A stretch of DNA of 64,000 nucleotides from Alphaproteobacteria bacterium. Its GTDB lineage: Bacteria > Pseudomonadota > Alphaproteobacteria > UBA828. Shown here one piece after another: positions 1-10,194 of the stretch (position 1 is the first letter of the stretch; each line of letters starts with the position of its first letter). The notes under the pieces were generated by a model. It had not been told where the DNA came from. It was given only the letters and a program-made list of their open reading frames with translations, and made no database searches. A program made the position numbers and the translations under genes. The stretch lies in assembly GCA_963667785.2 (NCBI GenBank), contig CAXXMU010000001.1, positions 576,001-640,000 of the forward strand, read 5' to 3'.

Positions 1-35
1 GCTGCTCTTCCGAGAGAGAGAAGTCCATGGCGGCC

Positions 36-1127
36 CTAGCTTAGCGAGCGCCGGCGCGCTTGCGCGAGGCGAAATACCAGCGGGCCCGCGACCACGATCA
101 GCATGATCCGCGCGACATGGTGGGTCGAGACGAAGGCGGCGGCGCTGCCGAAGGAAAGCGCGATCAGGCTCATCTCGGCGAGCCCGCCGGGGGCCAGCGC
201 GAGGAAGAGGGCCGATCCGGAGAGGTCGGTCGCGCCTGCGAGCCCGTAGGCCGCGCCGGCCGCCACCAGCACCATCGCGACGGCGACCAGCGCCGCCAGC
301 AGCATGACCCGCCCGAGCTCCCTGAAGGCCATGCCCACGAAGCGCGCGCCGATGGCCGCGCCCAGCACCACCTGGGCGGCGGCGATCAGCTCGCCCGGCG
401 GGTGCGCCGAGACCAGGCCGCTCAGATGGAGCGCGGCGCTCAGCACCAGCGGGCCCACGAGCTGGGCCGCCGGCACGCGCAGCGCCTTGGCCGCCGGGTA
501 GCCTGCGAGCGCGCAAGCCGCCAGCGCCACGAGGTCGAGCCAGGTGGCCTCGCCGCCGGCGGGCACCGGGAGCGCGAGCGGCTCGTAGCCCTCGAAGATG
601 CGGTAGTAGAAGGCGATCAGGAAGACGGCGACGAGGATGCGCGTGCCGTGGGTGAGCGAGATCGTGCGCCCGTCGCCGCCCATGCTCTCGCCCAGCACCA
701 TCATCTCGCTGAGCCCTCCCGGCATCGACGCGAAGTAGGCGGTCGCGCGGTCGTAGCCGCCGAGCCGGCGGAAGACGACGTAGGCCATGCCGGCCATCGC
801 CGCCGTCGCGATGACGACGCCGGAAAGGCCCACGTACCAGTCGGCGATGCGGGCGAAGAGGTCGAGCGTGAACTGGCTGCCGAGCAGGACGCCCAGGATC
901 GCGATCATGGCGTTGCGGACCTGCGGCGGCACGGCGAGCGGCGCGCCCGCGAGCGCGGCCGCCGTCGCGGCCGTCATGGCGCCGAGCATCCAGGGGAGCG
1001 GCAGGGCAAGCGCGAAGAAGATCGCCCCTCCGCCCGCGCCGAGGCCGAGCGAAAGGGCGAAGCGCTGCGAGGCGACGCGGAGCCGCGCCGCCGCCGGCCC
1101 GCCGAAGAAGGGAGCGCGCTCGCGCAT
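36..1127 (-). CDS. AbrB-family (AbrB duplication) membrane protein
   Basis: Highly hydrophobic with two internal repeats: LPLPWMLGAM...SMPGGLSEM and VPAAQLVGPL...LAPGGLAEM...HHVAR. Confidence 0.85.
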   Translation of the reverse strand: MRERAPFFGGPAAARLRVASQRFALSLGLGAGGGAIFFALALPLPWMLGAMTAATAAALAGAPLAVPPQVRNAMIAILGVLLGSQFTLDLFARIADWYVGLSGVVIATAAMAGMAYVVFRRLGGYDRATAYFASMPGGLSEMMVLGESMGGDGRTISLTHGTRILVAVFLIAFYYRIFEGYEPLALPVPAGGEATWLDLVALAACALAGYPAAKALRVPAAQLVGPLVLSAALHLSGLVSAHPPGELIAAAQVVLGAAIGARFVGMAFRELGRVMLLAALVAVAMVLVAAGAAYGLAGATDLSGSALFLALAPGGLAEMSLIALSFGSAAAFVSTHHVARIMLIVVAGPLVFRLAQARRRSLS

Positions 1128-1140
1128 CAGGCCCCGGCCC

Positions 1141-1911
1141 TCAGGAGGGCGTGAACTGTTCGCTGAGGATGCGCTCGGTCAGGTTGTGCTCGGGATCGAA
1201 GAGGAGGTTGATCGCCGTCGCGTGATCGACCGCGACCTCGACCGACGCCACGTCGCGCACCTCGGTGTAGTCGGCGACGGCGCTGACCGGCCGCTTGTCG
1301 TGCTCGATCACTTCCAGCCGCACCGTCGCCTCGTGCAGCAGGAGCGCGCCGCGCCAGCGCCTGGGCCTGAAGGCGCTGATCGGCGTCAGCGCCAGGATGT
1401 TGGCGCCGAGCGGGATGATCGGCCCGTGGGCGGAAAGGTTGTAGGCGGTGCTGCCGGCGGGCGTCGCCACCAGCACCCCGTCGCAGATGAGCTCGTCGAC
1501 CCGCACGACACCGTCCACGCTGATCCTGATCTTGGCGGCCTGGCGGGTCTCGCGCAGCATCGAGACCTCGTTGATGGCGAGCGCCTCCTGTGTGCTTCCA
1601 TGGATCGATTCCGCCCGCATGCGGAGCGGATGCAGGACCGTGCCGTGCGCCCGCTCGAGCCGCGCGGGCAGATCCTCGATCGAGAACTCGTTCATCAGGA
1701 AGCCCACCGTGCCCCGGCTCATGCCGTAGATCGGCTTGCTCCGACGCAGGAAGCGATGCTGCGTCTCCAGCATGAAGCCGTCGCCGCCGAGCGCCACGAT
1801 GACGTCGGCGTCGGCCGGCTCGGCGAGGGGATAGCGGGCGGCGATCTCCGCCAGCGCGGCCTGGGCATCGTCCGAGGTCGACGCGACGGCGGCGATCCTG
1901 CGGTAGCGCAT
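1141..1911 (-). CDS. nadK: NAD kinase
   Basis: [17 protein letters not shown] and [21 protein letters not shown] motifs. Confidence 0.95.
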   Translation of the reverse strand: MRYRRIAAVASTSDDAQAALAEIAARYPLAEPADADVIVALGGDGFMLETQHRFLRRSKPIYGMSRGTVGFLMNEFSIEDLPARLERAHGTVLHPLRMRAESIHGSTQEALAINEVSMLRETRQAAKIRISVDGVVRVDELICDGVLVATPAGSTAYNLSAHGPIIPLGANILALTPISAFRPRRWRGALLLHEATVRLEVIEHDKRPVSAVADYTEVRDVASVEVAVDHATAINLLFDPEHNLTERILSEQFTPS

Positions 1912-1966
1912 TAGCTCCCCCGGTGGGCTGCGCAGGCGCTGCGCGGAAGGCGGGTCGGGCGGCGGC

Positions 1967-2959
1967 TCAGCCGCCGGTCACGCTCATGTGACGGCTGACC
2001 GCCGGGCGCGAGTGGCGGCGGTCGATGACGAAGTCGTGGCCCTTGGGCTTGCGCCCGATAGCCTCGTGGATCGCCGCGATTAGGGTCTCGTCGCTCTCGC
2101 TGCGCCGGAGCGGCGTGCGCAGGTCGGCCGCGTCCTCCTGGCCCAGGCACATGTAGAGCGTGCCGGTGCAGGTGAGCCGAACCCGGTTGCAGGCCTCGCA
2201 GAAGTTGTGGGTGAGCGGCGTGATGAAGCCGAGCCGCTGGCCGGTCTCGCGCACCGTGACATAGCGCGCCGGCCCGCCCGTGCGGTGGTCGCTCTCGTCC
2301 AGGGTCCAGCGCTTGCGCAGCCGCGCGCGCACCATGGAGAGCGGCAGGTACTGCTCGGTGCGGTCGCCGTCGATCTCGCCCAGGGGCATGGTCTCGATGA
2401 AGGTGAGGTCGTGGCCCTCGGCCGCGCACCAGGCGACCAGGTCCTCGATCTCGTGCTCGTTGACGCCGCGCAGCGCCACGGTGTTGATCTTCACCCTGAG
2501 GCCCGCCGCGCGCGCCGCCTCGATCCCCTCCAGCACCTGCTCGAGCCGGCCCCAGCGGGTGATCCGGGCGAAGGCCTCGGGATCGCGGGTATCGAGGGAG
2601 ATGTTCACCCGGCGCACGCCGGCGGCACGGAGCCGCTCGGCATAGCGCGGGAGCTGGCTGCCGTTGGTGGTGAGCGTGAGCTCGTCGAGGGCGCCCGTCG
2701 CGAGGTGCCGGCCCAGGCTCTCGAACAGCCCGATGACGCCTTTCCGCACCAGCGGCTCGCCGCCGGTGATGCGGAGCTTGCGCACGCCGAGGCGTACGAA
2801 GGCGCTGCAGAGGCGATCGAGCTCCTCCAGCGTCAGCAGCTCCGCCTTGGGCAGGAAGCTCATGTGCTCCGACATGCAGTAGACGCAGCGGAAGTCGCAC
2901 CGATCGGTGACGGAGACCCGCAAGTAGGTGACGTGACGCTCGAATGGGTCGATCAGCAT
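1967..2959 (-). CDS. moaA: GTP 3',8-cyclase MoaA (radical SAM)
   Basis: [24 protein letters not shown]-terminal FCEACNRVR...C, ends MSVTGG; start set at MLIDPF (ATG 2959). Confidence 0.96.
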   Translation of the reverse strand: MLIDPFERHVTYLRVSVTDRCDFRCVYCMSEHMSFLPKAELLTLEELDRLCSAFVRLGVRKLRITGGEPLVRKGVIGLFESLGRHLATGALDELTLTTNGSQLPRYAERLRAAGVRRVNISLDTRDPEAFARITRWGRLEQVLEGIEAARAAGLRVKINTVALRGVNEHEIEDLVAWCAAEGHDLTFIETMPLGEIDGDRTEQYLPLSMVRARLRKRWTLDESDHRTGGPARYVTVRETGQRLGFITPLTHNFCEACNRVRLTCTGTLYMCLGQEDAADLRTPLRRSESDETLIAAIHEAIGRKPKGHDFVIDRRHSRPAVSRHMSVTGG

Positions 2960-3207
2960 GTGTCTTCCGCTCCGAAGGCCCGCGGCGGCCACCCGGCCCC
3001 GCGGCCCGGACCATATTACGCGACGGCGCCGATTTTCTCTTGGGGAATCTGGGGACGATTCGGCCGGCGCCAAGGCGGCGGCTGACGAAGGCTTTCGCCA
3101 TCCGCCCTTGACTCACCGCGCCTGACTCCGCGAATTCGGGCCACGCGTGGCGGGCGCAGCGCGACCCGCGCGGCGGGCGATGGACGGGTATCGGAGAGGA
3201 GGCGGCC

Positions 3208-4557
3208 GTGGCCGAAGACGCAGGGCAAGGCGCCCAGGATCGGATCGGGGATGCGCAGGCGCAGCTCGAGCGCGACGGCATCCAGCATGTCCGCTTCGAG
3301 CTGCCGGACATGCACGGCTCGGCACGCTCCAAGCAGGTGCCGGTGGAACGGTTCGCCGCCACCGCGCGCGAGGGCCTCAACATGTATGGCGGTATCGTCG
3401 CTCTCGACTCCGCCTCGCACGTGATCCCCGGCACCCTCTACAACGAGGAGGTCAAGTACAAGGACCAGACGCTGCGTCCCGACCTTTCGACGCTCGCGCA
3501 GGTGCCGTGGCTCGAGGGCACGGCGAAGGTGATCTGCGACACCGAGTGGGAGGACGGAACGCCGCTTCGCGCGGCGCCTCGCCACGTCGCCCGCCGCATG
3601 CTCGAGCGGGCCGCGGAGCTCGGCTTCGGCATCCAGAGCGCCCACGAGTACGAGTTCTTCGTGCTGGAGCAGGGCACGCACCAGCCGCTCTTCGGCGGCG
3701 TCCACATTTTCAACAATCTGCGCAACGAGCACCTGCCTGCGATCCGCCAGGTGGTGGACGGCCTGCGTGCGGCCGGCATCCCGATGCTTACGGCGAACGC
3801 CGAGTACGCGCCCTCGCAGTACGAGCTGGTCTACCGCCATGCCGAGGGGATGGAGGGCCTCGACAACGCGTTCACCTTCAAGAACGGGGTCAAGGAGATC
3901 GTCCAGCACGCGGGCTACACCGCGACCTTCATGGGCAAGCCTGCGGCCGGCATGGCGGGCTCCGGCTGCCACTACCACATCAGCCTGCACGAGCGGGAGA
4001 GCGGCCGTAGCGCCTTCTACGACGCCGACGACCCCAGTGCCATGACGCCCACGCTCAGGCATTTCGTACAGGGGATCATCGATCACGGCGCCGCCTGCAT
4101 GGCGCTCTTCAACCCGACGCCAAACTGCTACCGCCGGCTCACGCCCCACACCTTCGCGCCGTCGAACGTGAGCTGGGGCGAGGAGGACCGCAGCGCCATG
4201 GTGCGCATCAAGCAGCCGGGCGCGCCGGGGATGCATGTGGAGATGCGGGCGTCGTCGGCCATCAGCAACCCCTACCTCTGCGCCGCCGGCACGCTGGCCT
4301 GCGGGCTGCTCGGACTTGCAGAGGAGCGCGCGCTCGTCGCGCAGTCCGAGGGGCCGAGCGAGGACGATCCCACCCTCGCACCCTTCCCGGCCACGCTGGA
4401 GGCGGCGCTCGCCGCGATGGAGGCGGATTCCGCGGTGGTGGACCTGCTGGGCGAGGAGTTCGTCACCGTCTTCACAACGATGAAGCGCGCCGAGCTCGCC
4501 CGCTTCAACGCCCATGTCACCCAGTGGGAGCGCGAGGAGTATATCGAGCTCTACTGA
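3208..4557 (+). CDS. Glutamine synthetase-family protein (likely gamma-glutamyl-amine ligase, PuuA/GlnA-like)
   Basis: EYEFF, EYAPSQYE, ATFMGKP...GSGCHYHISL, NCYRRL, EDRSAMVR, EMR, SNPYL; GAGAGGAGG RBS before GTG. Confidence 0.9.
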   Translation: MAEDAGQGAQDRIGDAQAQLERDGIQHVRFELPDMHGSARSKQVPVERFAATAREGLNMYGGIVALDSASHVIPGTLYNEEVKYKDQTLRPDLSTLAQVPWLEGTAKVICDTEWEDGTPLRAAPRHVARRMLERAAELGFGIQSAHEYEFFVLEQGTHQPLFGGVHIFNNLRNEHLPAIRQVVDGLRAAGIPMLTANAEYAPSQYELVYRHAEGMEGLDNAFTFKNGVKEIVQHAGYTATFMGKPAAGMAGSGCHYHISLHERESGRSAFYDADDPSAMTPTLRHFVQGIIDHGAACMALFNPTPNCYRRLTPHTFAPSNVSWGEEDRSAMVRIKQPGAPGMHVEMRASSAISNPYLCAAGTLACGLLGLAEERALVAQSEGPSEDDPTLAPFPATLEAALAAMEADSAVVDLLGEEFVTVFTTMKRAELARFNAHVTQWEREEYIELY

Positions 4558-4575
4558 GGCGGGTAGCGCCGTCGC

Positions 4576-5595
4576 CTAGCGGAAGTGCGGGAGCACGTGG
4601 TCGGCGTAGGCCGCGACGATCTGCTCCTCGCCGCCGTTGGTGAGATAGATGTTGAACTGGGTGACGCCCGCCGCCTCCAGCGCCCGGATCTTCTCGACAT
4701 GGGCCTCGGCCGGGCCGATCACGCAGAAGTCCTCGGTGATCTCAGGCGTGACGTAGGCGCTGTTGTCCGATTCCAGCGCCGTGTGCTGGTGGTAGTCGTA
4801 GCCCTCGTCGGCGCCGACGCCGTCGCGCCGCGCGATGTATGAGGTGAGGCTCGCCGGAACCAGATCGGTGCCGGCGCCGTGGTGCTTGACGATGTCGGCC
4901 ACGTGGTTGCCGACCAGCGCCGGGAACCACTTGGTCTGGGCGATCCCGGTCTCGCGGTCGCCTACCCAGACGGGCGCGCAGGCCATGACTCGGTAGCCCG
5001 CCATGTCGCGGCCCTCGGCGGCGCCCGCGGCGCGCGCCTGGTCCCCCATCCATTGGCAGAGGCCCACATCGGCGAGCTGCACGATGAGCCCGTCGCCGAC
5101 GCGGCCGGCCGCCGCCAGCGCCCTGGGCCCGTAGGCTGCGATCCAGACCGGCATCTCGTAGCCGCCGGTCCAGTCGAACTGCACCGGCTCGGGCGCGCCG
5201 GCGTAGCTCACCGCGTCGCCCCGCACCAGCGCCTTCATGGCCCGGCAGAACTCCTCCAGCCGGGCGACCGTCGCCGGCCGCTTGCCGATCACCCTGACGG
5301 CGCTGTCGCCGCGCCCCACGCCCATGTCGAAGCGGCCTTCGGACTGCACCGCCATCGCCGCGAAGAGGCTCGCCGCCACCGACCAGTCGCGGGTCACCGG
5401 GTTGGTCACGCAGGGGCCGAAGCGCAGCCTGGACGTGTGCTCGATGGCGACCGCCATCTGCGGATAGAGGTCGCGCCACAGCACGTGGCTGTCGAAGAAC
5501 CAGGCATAGTCGAAGCCCGCGGCCTCGGCCTGTCGGCAGATGGCGACGACGCGCTCCTTCTCGAGATCGCCGCGAAAGGTGATGGCGAATTCCAT
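4576..5595 (-). CDS. LLM-class (luciferase-like) oxidoreductase, probably F420-dependent
   Basis: AEAAGFDYAWFFDSHVLW, GPCVTNP, GVGRGDSA, AAYGPRAL..AG.VGDG; directly downstream of npdG; start MEFAIT. Confidence 0.85.
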   Translation of the reverse strand: MEFAITFRGDLEKERVVAICRQAEAAGFDYAWFFDSHVLWRDLYPQMAVAIEHTSRLRFGPCVTNPVTRDWSVAASLFAAMAVQSEGRFDMGVGRGDSAVRVIGKRPATVARLEEFCRAMKALVRGDAVSYAGAPEPVQFDWTGGYEMPVWIAAYGPRALAAAGRVGDGLIVQLADVGLCQWMGDQARAAGAAEGRDMAGYRVMACAPVWVGDRETGIAQTKWFPALVGNHVADIVKHHGAGTDLVPASLTSYIARRDGVGADEGYDYHQHTALESDNSAYVTPEITEDFCVIGPAEAHVEKIRALEAAGVTQFNIYLTNGGEEQIVAAYADHVLPHFR

Positions 5596-5606
5596 GTCAG
5601 CCCCCG

Positions 5607-6275
5607 TCACTCGCTTTCCGGCCAGATTCGCACGCCCGCGTGCTTGAAGCCCGTCGTCTTCGACATGTTGAGGCGGATGAGCAGCGGGGTGATCGCCTCG
5701 ATGCAGCGGGCGCTCTCGGCCGGGCCGCAGTTGTAGGCGCGGGCGCCGATGGTCTCGATCAGCGCCATCACGTCCCGCTTCGCCTCGAGGTCGTCGCCGC
5801 AGACGAGAATGTCGCAGTTGATCGGCTGATCGAGCGCGGCCAGCACATGGGCGGAGACGTTGTGCAGCGCGCCGACCACGGCGCAGCCCTCGCCCAGCAT
5901 CGCCTGCGCCGCCTCGGTCGCCGAGCCCTCGGGCGGCATCGCCGCCTTGCGCGGGTTGCCGGCGGCGAGCGGCACCGCCATGTCGACCAGGATCTTGCCC
6001 TGCAGCGCGCCCGCCAGCCCGGCCAGCGTCGCCTGATGAGCCGACCACGGCACCGCCAGCACCACCAGCCGGTCTGCGCGGGCGACCGCGTCCGCATTGG
6101 CCGCGCCGGCGATGCTCCCCGGCGCACCGGGGACGCCCGCCCTGAGCTCGGCGGCGATGTCGGCCGCCCGGTCGGCGTCGCGCGAGCCCACGACGATATC
6201 GATCCCGGCGAGCGCGCAGCGCTGCGCCAGGCCGCGCCCCTGCGGGCCGGTGCCTCCGATCACGGCGATCGCCAT
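5607..6275 (-). CDS. npdG: NADPH-dependent F420 reductase
   Basis: [52 protein letters not shown]. Confidence 0.9.
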   Translation of the reverse strand: MAIAVIGGTGPQGRGLAQRCALAGIDIVVGSRDADRAADIAAELRAGVPGAPGSIAGAANADAVARADRLVVLAVPWSAHQATLAGLAGALQGKILVDMAVPLAAGNPRKAAMPPEGSATEAAQAMLGEGCAVVGALHNVSAHVLAALDQPINCDILVCGDDLEAKRDVMALIETIGARAYNCGPAESARCIEAITPLLIRLNMSKTTGFKHAGVRIWPESE

Positions 6276-6303
6276 GGCTCTCTCCCGCAGTTTCCCGGCG
6301 CCG

Positions 6304-6828
6304 TCAGGCGTCGTAGGCGACGAGCGAGGTGACCGGCAGGTCGAGGCGCGCCCGCCCGCCGAGGAAGGTCAGCTCGATGATGAAGGCCGCGGCCACCACC
6401 TCGGCGCCGACCCGACGCAGCAGCGCGTGCGCCGCCGCCGCAGTGCCGCCGGTCGCCAGCAGGTCGTCGAGGAGGACGACCCGCTGGCCGGGGGCGATGG
6501 CATCGGCCTGCACCTCGACCTGGTCGGCGCCGTATTCGAGCTCGTAGCGGTGCGCCACGGTCTTTCCCGGCAGCTTGCCCTTCTTGCGCACCATGATGAA
6601 GCCGCAGCCGAGCGCGTGCGCCAGCGGGGCCGCGACCAGGAAGCCGCGCGATTCGATCCCCGCGAGAAGATCGGGCTCGTGCTCGCGCACCACGCCCGAG
6701 AGGCGGCGTACCGTCTCGGTCCATGCCGGCCCGTGGGCGAGCAGCGTCGACAGGTCGTAGAAGAGGATACCGGGCTTGGGGAAGTCGGGAATCGCGCGGA
6801 TATGCTCGCGCAGGTCGATGGCGGACAT
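6304..6828 (-). CDS. apt: Adenine phosphoribosyltransferase
   Basis: [44 protein letters not shown]. Confidence 0.96.
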   Translation of the reverse strand: MSAIDLREHIRAIPDFPKPGILFYDLSTLLAHGPAWTETVRRLSGVVREHEPDLLAGIESRGFLVAAPLAHALGCGFIMVRKKGKLPGKTVAHRYELEYGADQVEVQADAIAPGQRVVLLDDLLATGGTAAAAHALLRRVGAEVVAAAFIIELTFLGGRARLDLPVTSLVAYDA

Positions 6829-6879
6829 GGCCGCCCCCGGCACCCCAGGCCTACCCTGCGCCGATCGTGACCTCCCCGG

Positions 6880-7287
6880 TCACTCGGCGCCGGTCGCTTC
6901 CTTGAGATAGGCGATCAGGTTCAGGCGGTCTTTTTCCTTCTTGACCCCCCTGAATGCCATCTTGTTCTTCGGGATGTAGCCCTTGGGGTCGGCGATGTAC
7001 GCGAGGATGGTCTCCTCGCTCCACACGATGCCGGCTTCCTTCATCGCCTTCGAGTACTTCTTGAATCCCTCGGCCGTGCCCGAGGTGCGGCCGAAGACGC
7101 CGTACAGGTTGGGGCCCTGCTTGTGCTTTCCGCCTTCCTTGACGGTGTGGCAGACCTTGCACTTCTTGAAGACCTTCTTGCCCTTCCCCGCATCTGCGGC
7201 GATGGCGGACGCGCTCGCCGCCATCATGGCGGAGGCGAGGGCGATGGCGAGAACGTGTCGTGCGCGCACGGGAATCTCCCTGGTCAT
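6880..7287 (-). CDS. Class I cytochrome c (c2/c550-like), exported
   Basis: Signal peptide, CKVCH haem motif, [22 protein letters not shown] distal Met; Lys-rich. Confidence 0.92.
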   Translation of the reverse strand: MTREIPVRARHVLAIALASAMMAASASAIAADAGKGKKVFKKCKVCHTVKEGGKHKQGPNLYGVFGRTSGTAEGFKKYSKAMKEAGIVWSEETILAYIADPKGYIPKNKMAFRGVKKEKDRLNLIAYLKEATGAE

Positions 7288-7371
7288 GGCCCCGATCGGC
7301 CAGTGTGGGGGTGCGAGGATAGGCCGGGTTCGCACCCTCGATCAAGGACACCCGGCCTTGTGCAACCGGCC

Positions 7372-8634
7372 CTATTGCGCGCGGTATTCCTCGTCCAGGA
7401 AGAAGCGGCTGTCGTACTCCTCCACGCCGAGGTGACACTCGGCGCAGAACTCGACCCGCGCCGCGCCCTTGCCGCCGGTCGCGCCGATCACCTTGCCGCT
7501 CGGCATGATCAGCGTGTAGCGCCAGTCGCCCGTATCGGGGTCGAATCCCGCCTCCATCTTCTCCATCAGGAAGAGCGGCCCAGCACCCACCCGGCCGCCG
7601 GCGGTGACGGTGAAGCTGTCCTTGGCGAGCACGGTGCCCACAGGCGCGGGACCGGCCTCCTCGAAGAGGGCGTAGTTATCGGCGCCGATATCGTTGGCGT
7701 AGTTGTTGACGTAGCGCGCCCCGTGGGTGTCCGAGACATAGGGCTGGGCGGCGACGTTCCGCCAGCCCAGGTAGGACGCGGCCCACTGATTGCCGGACTT
7801 CGCATAGCCCTCGGCCATGGCCCCGCTGATGCAGGCGTAGGCGTCGCGGGCTTCGTCCGCCGTCAGCTCGACCTCCTCGCCGGCAGCACAGGGGTTGCAC
7901 GGCCCGCAGGGGTTACAGGGAGCGCACGGATTGCAGGCCGCCGCGCACGGGTTGCACGCCGCCGCGCACGGATTGCATGGGTTGCAGGGAGAGCACGGGT
8001 TGCACGCCGCCGCGCATGGATTGCAAGCCGCCGCGCAGGGGTTGCACGGATTGCAGGGAGCGCACGGATTGCAAGCCGCCGCGCATGGATTGCAGGGGTT
8101 GCAGGGAGCGCACGGATTACAGGCCGCCGCACAGGGGTTGCACGGAGCACACGGTCCGCAGGGGCCGCTCGCTGCGGCGAGGCGCGGCACGACGCAATCG
8201 GAACTCGCCGCCGCGCCCGCCGCACAGGGATTGCACGCACCGCACGGCCCGCAGGCGCCGGCACAGGGGTTGCATGGGTTGCACGCCCCGCACGGGTTGC
8301 ACGGCCCACACGGGCCGCAAGCAGCCGCGCACGGGTTGCACGGATTGCAGGGACTGCACGGGCCGCAGGCGCTTGCGCACGGCCTGCACGGATTACAGGG
8401 ATTGCAGGCTGCCGCGCAGGGGTTGCACGGGTTACAGGCCCCACACGGGTTGCACGGCCCGCACGGATTGCAGGAGGCGAGCTGGAGAGCGCCCGCGTCC
8501 TGCTGCGGCGGAGCCACGGCCGGCGCATCGCCGTCGGGCGCGCTGGCCAGGGCGTGGCCGCCGCCGGCGGCGACCGCGAGGCCGATGACCACGGGGACCA
8601 CCGTTCCGGCGAGCAGGGGTTTCGTGCGTGGCAT
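7372..8634 (-). CDS. Secreted CNPC-repeat (Cys-rich) protein with C-terminal cytochrome P460/c'-beta-like haem domain
   Basis: GAGGGAGG RBS before ATG 8634; signal peptide [10 protein letters not shown]...GHALA; two Cys-x-x blocks; C-terminal GTVLAKDSF / LFLMEK / GDWRY / CAECH. The 779-aa ORF in the track is an over-extension. Confidence 0.85.
   Translation of the reverse strand: MPRTKPLLAGTVVPVVIGLAVAAGGGHALASAPDGDAPAVAPPQQDAGALQLASCNPCGPCNPCGACNPCNPCAAACNPCNPCRPCASACGPCSPCNPCNPCAAACGPCGPCNPCGACNPCNPCAGACGPCGACNPCAAGAAASSDCVVPRLAAASGPCGPCAPCNPCAAACNPCAPCNPCNPCAAACNPCAPCNPCNPCAAACNPCAAACNPCSPCNPCNPCAAACNPCAAACNPCAPCNPCGPCNPCAAGEEVELTADEARDAYACISGAMAEGYAKSGNQWAASYLGWRNVAAQPYVSDTHGARYVNNYANDIGADNYALFEEAGPAPVGTVLAKDSFTVTAGGRVGAGPLFLMEKMEAGFDPDTGDWRYTLIMPSGKVIGATGGKGAARVEFCAECHLGVEEYDSRFFLDEEYRAQ
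7888..8472 (-). repeat. Coding tandem repeat of C-[N/G/A/S]-P and C-AAA units (9-12 nt units, degenerate)
   Basis: Two blocks (27 and 29 Cys by manual count) separated by [18 protein letters not shown]; synonymous variation between units. Confidence 0.95.
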
Positions 8635-8662
8635 GTCGGGCCTCCCTCGTTGACCGTATCCG

Positions 8663-8682
8663 TCGCGACGTGTCCGTCGCGA
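8663..8682. promoter_or_regulatory. Perfect palindrome TCGCGACG-N4-CGTCGCGA in divergent promoter region (candidate operator or 5' hairpin)
   Basis: 8-bp inverted repeat containing GCGAC...GTCGC between the divergent starts at 8634 and 8773. Confidence 0.3.
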
Positions 8683-8772
8683 ATTGTCGACGAGTGCATG
8701 GTGCGGAGCAAACCCCTTCGACTCAAATTTTTGTGATTCCCGCGTCGGGCGGGCGGGGGCTACGCTCATCCG

Positions 8773-9636
8773 ATGATCGCTCTCCGTGCCGCTCTTGCCG
8801 CGTGTCTCGTCGTCGCCGGCGCGCTGCTCGCGGGCTCCGCAGAGGCCGCTGGCGCGATCGTGCCGGAGGTGGTCGAGGTTCCGGCCGGCTCCTTCATCGC
8901 GGGCTCCGATGCGGCCGAGCGCGAGTACGCCTACCGGCTCGACGAGGCGGCCTACGGCCACTCCCGGACTCGCGAGCGCGGCTGGTACGACCGCGAGCGC
9001 CCGCGCGGCCCCAAGTCGCTCGACGGCTTCCTCATCACGCGCAACCTGATTACCAACGCCCAGTACCGGGCGTTCGTGGCTGCCACGGGCCATCGCGTCC
9101 CCGATGTCGATCCCGAGACCTGGCGCGGCTATCGGCTCATCCACCCCTATGAGCGCACCCGCCGCCATGCGTGGGCGGACGGCCGGCCGCCGCCGGGGCG
9201 GGAGAATCATCCCGTGGTCATGGTCTCGCACGGCGACGCCATGGCCTATGCGGCCTGGCTCTCGGCCGAGAGCGGGCACGGCTGGCGGCTCGCCACCGAG
9301 CTCGAATGGGAGAAGGCCGCGCGCGGGACCGACGGCCGCTTCTTCCCCTGGGGCGACACCTTCGACCCGGCCCTGCTCAACAGCCACGACAACGGTCCTT
9401 TCGACACGCTGCCCGCCGGCAGCTTTCCCGCAGGCGCGAGCCCTTACGGCCTGCTCGACGCGGCGGGTCAGGTCTTCGAGTGGACGGCGTCGCCGGGCAA
9501 TCCGGGGCGCTTCCTCGTGAAGGGCGGATCGTGGGACGACAGCGGCTGCGGCATCTGCCGTCCTGCGGCGCGGCACGGGCGGCCGGCGGACATCAAGCAC
9601 ATCCTCGTCGGCTTCCGCCTCGTCAGGGAGCCGTAG
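8773..9636 (+). CDS. Exported FGE-sulfatase (SUMF1/EgtB/PvdO) family protein
   Basis: Signal peptide; [84 protein letters not shown]. Confidence 0.92.
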   Translation: MIALRAALAACLVVAGALLAGSAEAAGAIVPEVVEVPAGSFIAGSDAAEREYAYRLDEAAYGHSRTRERGWYDRERPRGPKSLDGFLITRNLITNAQYRAFVAATGHRVPDVDPETWRGYRLIHPYERTRRHAWADGRPPPGRENHPVVMVSHGDAMAYAAWLSAESGHGWRLATELEWEKAARGTDGRFFPWGDTFDPALLNSHDNGPFDTLPAGSFPAGASPYGLLDAAGQVFEWTASPGNPGRFLVKGGSWDDSGCGICRPAARHGRPADIKHILVGFRLVREP

Positions 9637-9676
9637 AGGACGGAGAGCCGGCACTGGCCCGCTCCCGTCGCCGCGT

Positions 9677-10072
9677 TCACGGCCTGCGCGCCAGGAGATC
9701 GATTTCGACACGGGCGCCGAGGGCGAGCCCGGTGACGCCGACGCAGGTCCGCGCCGGGCGCCGCTCGGGATCGAAGTAGGTCTCGTAGACCGCGTTCATC
9801 GCCGCGTAGTCCTCCTCGAAGTGCGTGAGATAGACCCGCGCGACGATTACGTGCTCGAGCCCGAGGCCGAGAGAGTCGAGCACGACCTTCAGATTGGCCA
9901 TGACGTTCCGGGTCTGGCCCTCGATGCCGGCGGGCAGGGGAGCGGCCTCGTCCTTCGGATCGTTGGGCATTTGACCTGTGACGAACACCCAGCCATCCGC
10001 TTCGACGGCGTGGCTGAAGGGAGCCACCGGCGTCGGTGCGCCGGCCGCCATGTGAAAGATCGGTGCTGTCAT
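9677..10072 (-). CDS. RidA/YjgF-family protein
   Basis: [39 protein letters not shown]...VEID. Confidence 0.92.
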   Translation of the reverse strand: MTAPIFHMAAGAPTPVAPFSHAVEADGWVFVTGQMPNDPKDEAAPLPAGIEGQTRNVMANLKVVLDSLGLGLEHVIVARVYLTHFEEDYAAMNAVYETYFDPERRPARTCVGVTGLALGARVEIDLLARRP

Positions 10073-10194
10073 CGGCATCCTCCCATCTCGCGCGCGTCCG
10101 AGCGGCGCCGCACCTGCGGCGCCACCGCGCAGACCATGACTCCGGCAAGATAGGCGGGCTAGTCTTCTGCAGGACAGGACGGGGAGGGCTCCTC

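Noticed and set aside
7888-8472. Possible CRISPR array or non-coding satellite (also 12804-12863)
   Set aside because: Units are 9-15 nt multiples of three with no unique spacers, vary mostly at silent positions, and lie inside ORFs with RBS and signal peptide; no cas genes are present.
7895-8653. Plus-strand His-rich ORF (HGLQ repeats; also 12811-13029) and Arg/Ala-rich ORF 7123-8736
   Set aside because: These are antisense shadows of the CNPC repeats. They have no credible start or RBS, and the HGLQ frame relies on TTG/TTA Leu codons atypical of this high-GC genome.
7372-9711. 779-aa ORF as one protein
   Set aside because: The upstream part is antisense to the FGE-like gene; the RBS and signal peptide mark the real start at 8634.
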